Assembly (NCBI GenBank): GCA_016202695.1
Contig: JACQOE010000013.1
Location: 707 to 64,706, forward strand
Direction: 5' to 3'
DNA length: 64,000 nt
Origin: Pseudomonadota bacterium
GTDB lineage: Bacteria > Pseudomonadota > Alphaproteobacteria > JACQOE01
Shown here: positions 60,831-64,000 of the stretch, one piece after another
Numbering within the stretch: the first letter of the stretch is position 1
Layout: every line of letters begins with the position of its first letter
The notes under the pieces: generated by a model
The model's database searches: none
What the model was told of the DNA's origin: nothing
What the model saw: only the letters and a program-made list of their open reading frames with translations
Translations under genes and position numbers: made by a program

Positions 60831-61099
60831 GCGGGGGCGCCGCCGAGGCGCCGGTCCCGCCCACTCGCGGGTGGACCGCACCCCGCGGGGCGGGCTAGAG
60901 TGGGCGCCCGCGAGGGAGGCCGCCGTGTAGGTCGGGCCCCAGCGCCTCGTGTATTGCCCAATTGCGCCCCTTGAGGGCGGCGCAAACAATCGACGCGAAC
61001 TGAGAGGGGAGGGTTCGCCGGGCGGCGGCCATGGTGCCGGCGGGGCACCCGCACCCGTCCGGCCCGGCGGTCGCAGAAACCTGAGGAAAGGAGTCGCAC

Positions 61100-62728
61100 T
61101 TGTCCGAGAACGCTGTCTCCACCGCGCAAGTCATGGCCCGCTATCTCAAGGCGGCCGGCGTCACCCACATCTTCGGCTATCCCGGCGACCCCAATATCGA
61201 CTTCATCGAGGCGGCGCGGATCGAGGGCATGAAGCTGATCCTCGGCCGGCGCGAGGGGACCTGCGGCTTCATGGCCGAGGCCTGCGGCATGCTCGGCGAC
61301 GCCCCGGGGGTGTGCCTCTCCACCCTCGGGCCGGGCTCGACCGCGCTCGTCAACCCGGTCGCCAACGCCTTCCTCGACCGGGTGCCGATGGTCGCGCTCT
61401 CGGGCCAGGTCGCCAGCAGGATGGAGCCCTTCTTCACCCACCAGGTGGCCGATCACAACCGCCTCTTCTCGCCGATCACTAAGTGGGCGGTGCGGATGGT
61501 GCCGGCCGCGGTCGCCGAGATCATGCGCAAGGCGCTCAGGATCGCGCTTGCCGATCGGCCCGGGCCGGTGCACATCACCACCGCCTCGGACGCGGTCAAG
61601 GCCCCGGCCGGCTCGACCGAGGTGAGGCTGCCCCCGGCCGCGCCGGCGCCGCAGATGGCCCAGGTGTTCGCCAACCGCGGCGGGCTCAAGGACCCGGTCA
61701 AGGAGATCGCGGCGGCCAGGCGCCCGGTGCTGCTGACCGGCATCTCGGCCCTGCGGTCCAAGGCGACCGAGGCGCTGAAATCCTTCGCCGAGAAGGCCGG
61801 CATCCCGGTGGTGGTCTCGCCGATGTCCAAGGGCGTGTTCCCCGAGGACCATCCGCTCTACGCGGGCACGGTCGACATGGCCTGCAACAAGGTGGTGTGG
61901 GAGTTCCTGAAGGGGGCCGACCTCGTCCTCTGCGTCGGCTTCGATCCGGTCGAGCTGATCAAGCCCTGGCAGGTCTCGGCCCCGGCGATCCACATCGACT
62001 CGACCCCCAACACCGACCAGATCTACGCCGCCGACCTCGAGATCGTCGGCCACGTCCCCTCGATCCTGGCGGCGCTCGCCGACGCCTACAAGGGCGAGCC
62101 CAAGTGGCGCGAGGCCGACCTCAAGGCGCACCGCAAGGCGCTGACGGAGGTGTTCTACTCGGGCCGTGTCGCCGGCGTGCTCAACCCCAGCGACGTGATC
62201 GACGCCATCAACGGCGCCTACGCGGGCTCGGACGCGATCGTCACCACCGACGTCGGCTCGCACAAGCTGCTGGTCGGCCAGGGCTGGAAGGCGACCCGAC
62301 CCCGCCACTTCCTGATGACCAACGGGCTCTCGGCGATGGGCTTCTCGCTCCCCGCCGCGATCGCCGCCAAGCTCGTGCGCCGCGACCAGCCGGTGGTCTG
62401 CACGGTGGGCGACGGCGGTTTCGCCATGGTCATGGGCGAGCTCCGGCTGGCGGCGGCGCAGAAGCTCGGCATCGTCGTCGTCGTGTTCGAGGACGGGAGC
62501 CTGAACCGCATCGAGATCAAGCAGCTCCTTCGCCAGATCCCGAGCGAACTGACCCGGATCGAGTCGACCGACTGCCTCAAGCTCGCCGAGTCGATGGACT
62601 GCGAGGGCGCCTACGCCGACAACGCCAGGGACCTGGAGACGGCGCTGGCGCGGGGCCGGAACGGCCTCGACCGCCCGTTGGTGATCCAGGCCAAGATCAG
62701 TCCCGACCAGTACCTCGCCCAGTTCTAG
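61100..62728 (+). CDS. ThDP-dependent enzyme (acetolactate synthase-like family), second, divergent member
   Basis: IFGYPG, RRE, STLGPG, MSKGVFPEDHP, NGLSAMGFSLP and GDGGF.M..GEL. TTG start with RBS aggag. Confidence 0.9.
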   Translation: MSENAVSTAQVMARYLKAAGVTHIFGYPGDPNIDFIEAARIEGMKLILGRREGTCGFMAEACGMLGDAPGVCLSTLGPGSTALVNPVANAFLDRVPMVALSGQVASRMEPFFTHQVADHNRLFSPITKWAVRMVPAAVAEIMRKALRIALADRPGPVHITTASDAVKAPAGSTEVRLPPAAPAPQMAQVFANRGGLKDPVKEIAAARRPVLLTGISALRSKATEALKSFAEKAGIPVVVSPMSKGVFPEDHPLYAGTVDMACNKVVWEFLKGADLVLCVGFDPVELIKPWQVSAPAIHIDSTPNTDQIYAADLEIVGHVPSILAALADAYKGEPKWREADLKAHRKALTEVFYSGRVAGVLNPSDVIDAINGAYAGSDAIVTTDVGSHKLLVGQGWKATRPRHFLMTNGLSAMGFSLPAAIAAKLVRRDQPVVCTVGDGGFAMVMGELRLAAAQKLGIVVVVFEDGSLNRIEIKQLLRQIPSELTRIESTDCLKLAESMDCEGAYADNARDLETALARGRNGLDRPLVIQAKISPDQYLAQF

Positions 62729-62758
62729 GGGCGCGGCCGGGAACGGAGGGGGAAAGCC

Positions 62759-64000
62759 ATGCTGACCGACGACATCGCCGGCTACGCGGTGGCCGAGCGG
62801 ACGCGCGCGCTCGGGCCCGAGGTCGTTCACGCCGCCAAGCGCTGCGTCATCGACTGGCTGGCGGCGACCGCGCCGGGGGCCGTGATCCCGCCGGCGAGCG
62901 CCCTGACCGAGGCCCTCGCCGAGGACCTGGACCGCGGCCGGGCGCGGCTCTTCCCCTCGGGCCGGGCGGCGACGCTGCGCACCGCGGCGCTGATCAACGC
63001 CGCTGCCTCGCACACGGTCGAGTTCGACGACATCTTCCGCGACGCCATCTACCACCCCGGCACGCCCACGGTCGCCGCCGCCCTCGCCGCCGCCGAGAGC
63101 CACGGCGCCTCGGGCGAGACTCTCTTACGGGCGGTGATCGTCGGCTACGAGATCTCGACCCGCATCGGCGCCACCATGGGCCGGGCCCACTACAAGTACT
63201 GGCACAACACCGCCACCGTCGGCACCTTCGGCGCCGCCGCCGCCGTGGCGACCGTGCTCGGGCTCGACGAGGCCCGCTTCGGCCACGCGCTCACCACCGC
63301 GGCGACCTTCGCCGCCGGCCTCCAGCAGGCGTTCCGCTCCGATTCCATGAGCAAGCCGATGCACGGCGGCCACGCCGCCGACGCCGGCGCGCTCGCCGCC
63401 ATGATCGCTGGCAAGGGCGTGACCGGCGCCCGCGACATCCTCGAGGGCGAGGTCGGCTTCGGCAGGGCCATGGGCGACGGCCCCGACTGGCGCCAGGCGA
63501 CCGAGGGGCTGGGCGAGCGTTACAACGTCACCCGCATGACGGTGAAGAACCACGGCTGCTGCGGCCACACCTTCGCCGCCATCGACGGGGCTCTGGCACT
63601 CAAGGAGAAGTACGGGCTCAGGCCCATGGACATCAGGAAGATCCGGGTCGGCGGCTACTCGGCCACGATCAACGTCTGCGGCTCGAAGAAGCACTCCACC
63701 CCCTTCGAGGGCAAGTTCAGCCTCGCCTACGTGATCGCCCAGGCGCTCAACCACGGCTCGGTGCGCCTCGACGCGTTCTCGCCCGAGCGGCTCAACGATC
63801 CCGTCACCCACGCCCTCGTCGAGAAGGTGGAGCTCTATCTCGATCCCGAGGTCGACAAGACCTTCCCCCGGCAGCGCGCCGCCAACGTCGAGATCGAGAC
63901 CGCGGACGGGCGGGTGCTGAGGCATCACCAGCCGACCCGCAAGGGCGATCCCGACGCGCCCCTCTCGGATGCCGACCTGGACGGCAAGTTCCTCGAGCTC
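62759..64000 (+). CDS. MmgE/PrpD family protein (3' end beyond the window)
   Basis: Not in the + ORF track (no stop). My translation: MLTDDIAGYAVAE...AKRCVIDW...ALINAAASHTVEFDD...HPG...GYE...WHNT.TVGTFG...KPMHGG...K.HGCCGH...KFS..Y...RKGDP. Confidence 0.92.
   Translation, partial: MLTDDIAGYAVAERTRALGPEVVHAAKRCVIDWLAATAPGAVIPPASALTEALAEDLDRGRARLFPSGRAATLRTAALINAAASHTVEFDDIFRDAIYHPGTPTVAAALAAAESHGASGETLLRAVIVGYEISTRIGATMGRAHYKYWHNTATVGTFGAAAAVATVLGLDEARFGHALTTAATFAAGLQQAFRSDSMSKPMHGGHAADAGALAAMIAGKGVTGARDILEGEVGFGRAMGDGPDWRQATEGLGERYNVTRMTVKNHGCCGHTFAAIDGALALKEKYGLRPMDIRKIRVGGYSATINVCGSKKHSTPFEGKFSLAYVIAQALNHGSVRLDAFSPERLNDPVTHALVEKVELYLDPEVDKTFPRQRAANVEIETADGRVLRHHQPTRKGDPDAPLSDADLDGKFLEL

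Noticed and set aside
60990-61090. TPP riboswitch ahead of the ThDP enzyme (ctgaga ... aacctga)
   Set aside because: Only isolated fragments match. The conserved CUGAU/GUAAUGC core and P1-P5 pairing are absent.

Overview
Very GC-rich (about 70%+ by eye) chromosomal segment. The gene content suggests an alphaproteobacterium, probably Rhodospirillales-like (inference). I found about 50 supportable CDSs, mostly catabolic enzymes and transporters, and no rRNA, tRNA, CRISPR array, integrase or transposase. Main blocks: (1) 1-15.9 kb, catabolic genes (amidase, enolase-superfamily dehydratase, cyclase, acyl-CoA dehydrogenase, CoA-transferase, crotonase, lone Mo-hydroxylase large subunit, PuuE-like deacetylase, D-cysteine desulfhydrase) with two toxin-less higA genes, one inside a 388-bp unit bounded by a perfect 66-bp direct repeat; (2) 16-20 kb, multi-PAS hybrid kinase plus REC-EAL phosphodiesterase; (3) 20-33.4 kb, two tandem hydantoinase-B paralogs, a TPR/O-GlcNAc-transferase and a sulfotransferase, divergent from two TAXI binding proteins and two fused TRAP permeases; (4) 36.6-45.4 kb, a type I secretion locus (two ABC subunits, one lacking the catalytic Glu; HlyD; RTX/Ig-repeat substrate); (5) 45.5-64 kb, DUF3604 protein, secreted amidohydrolase, two DctPQM systems, GST, a stand-alone secreted 94-aa peptide with six NPCAAK repeats, oxidoreductase, ThDP enzyme and a truncated MmgE/PrpD gene. 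All family calls rest on motif recognition by eye; no database searches were run, and many start codons are my choice rather than the ORF-track start.
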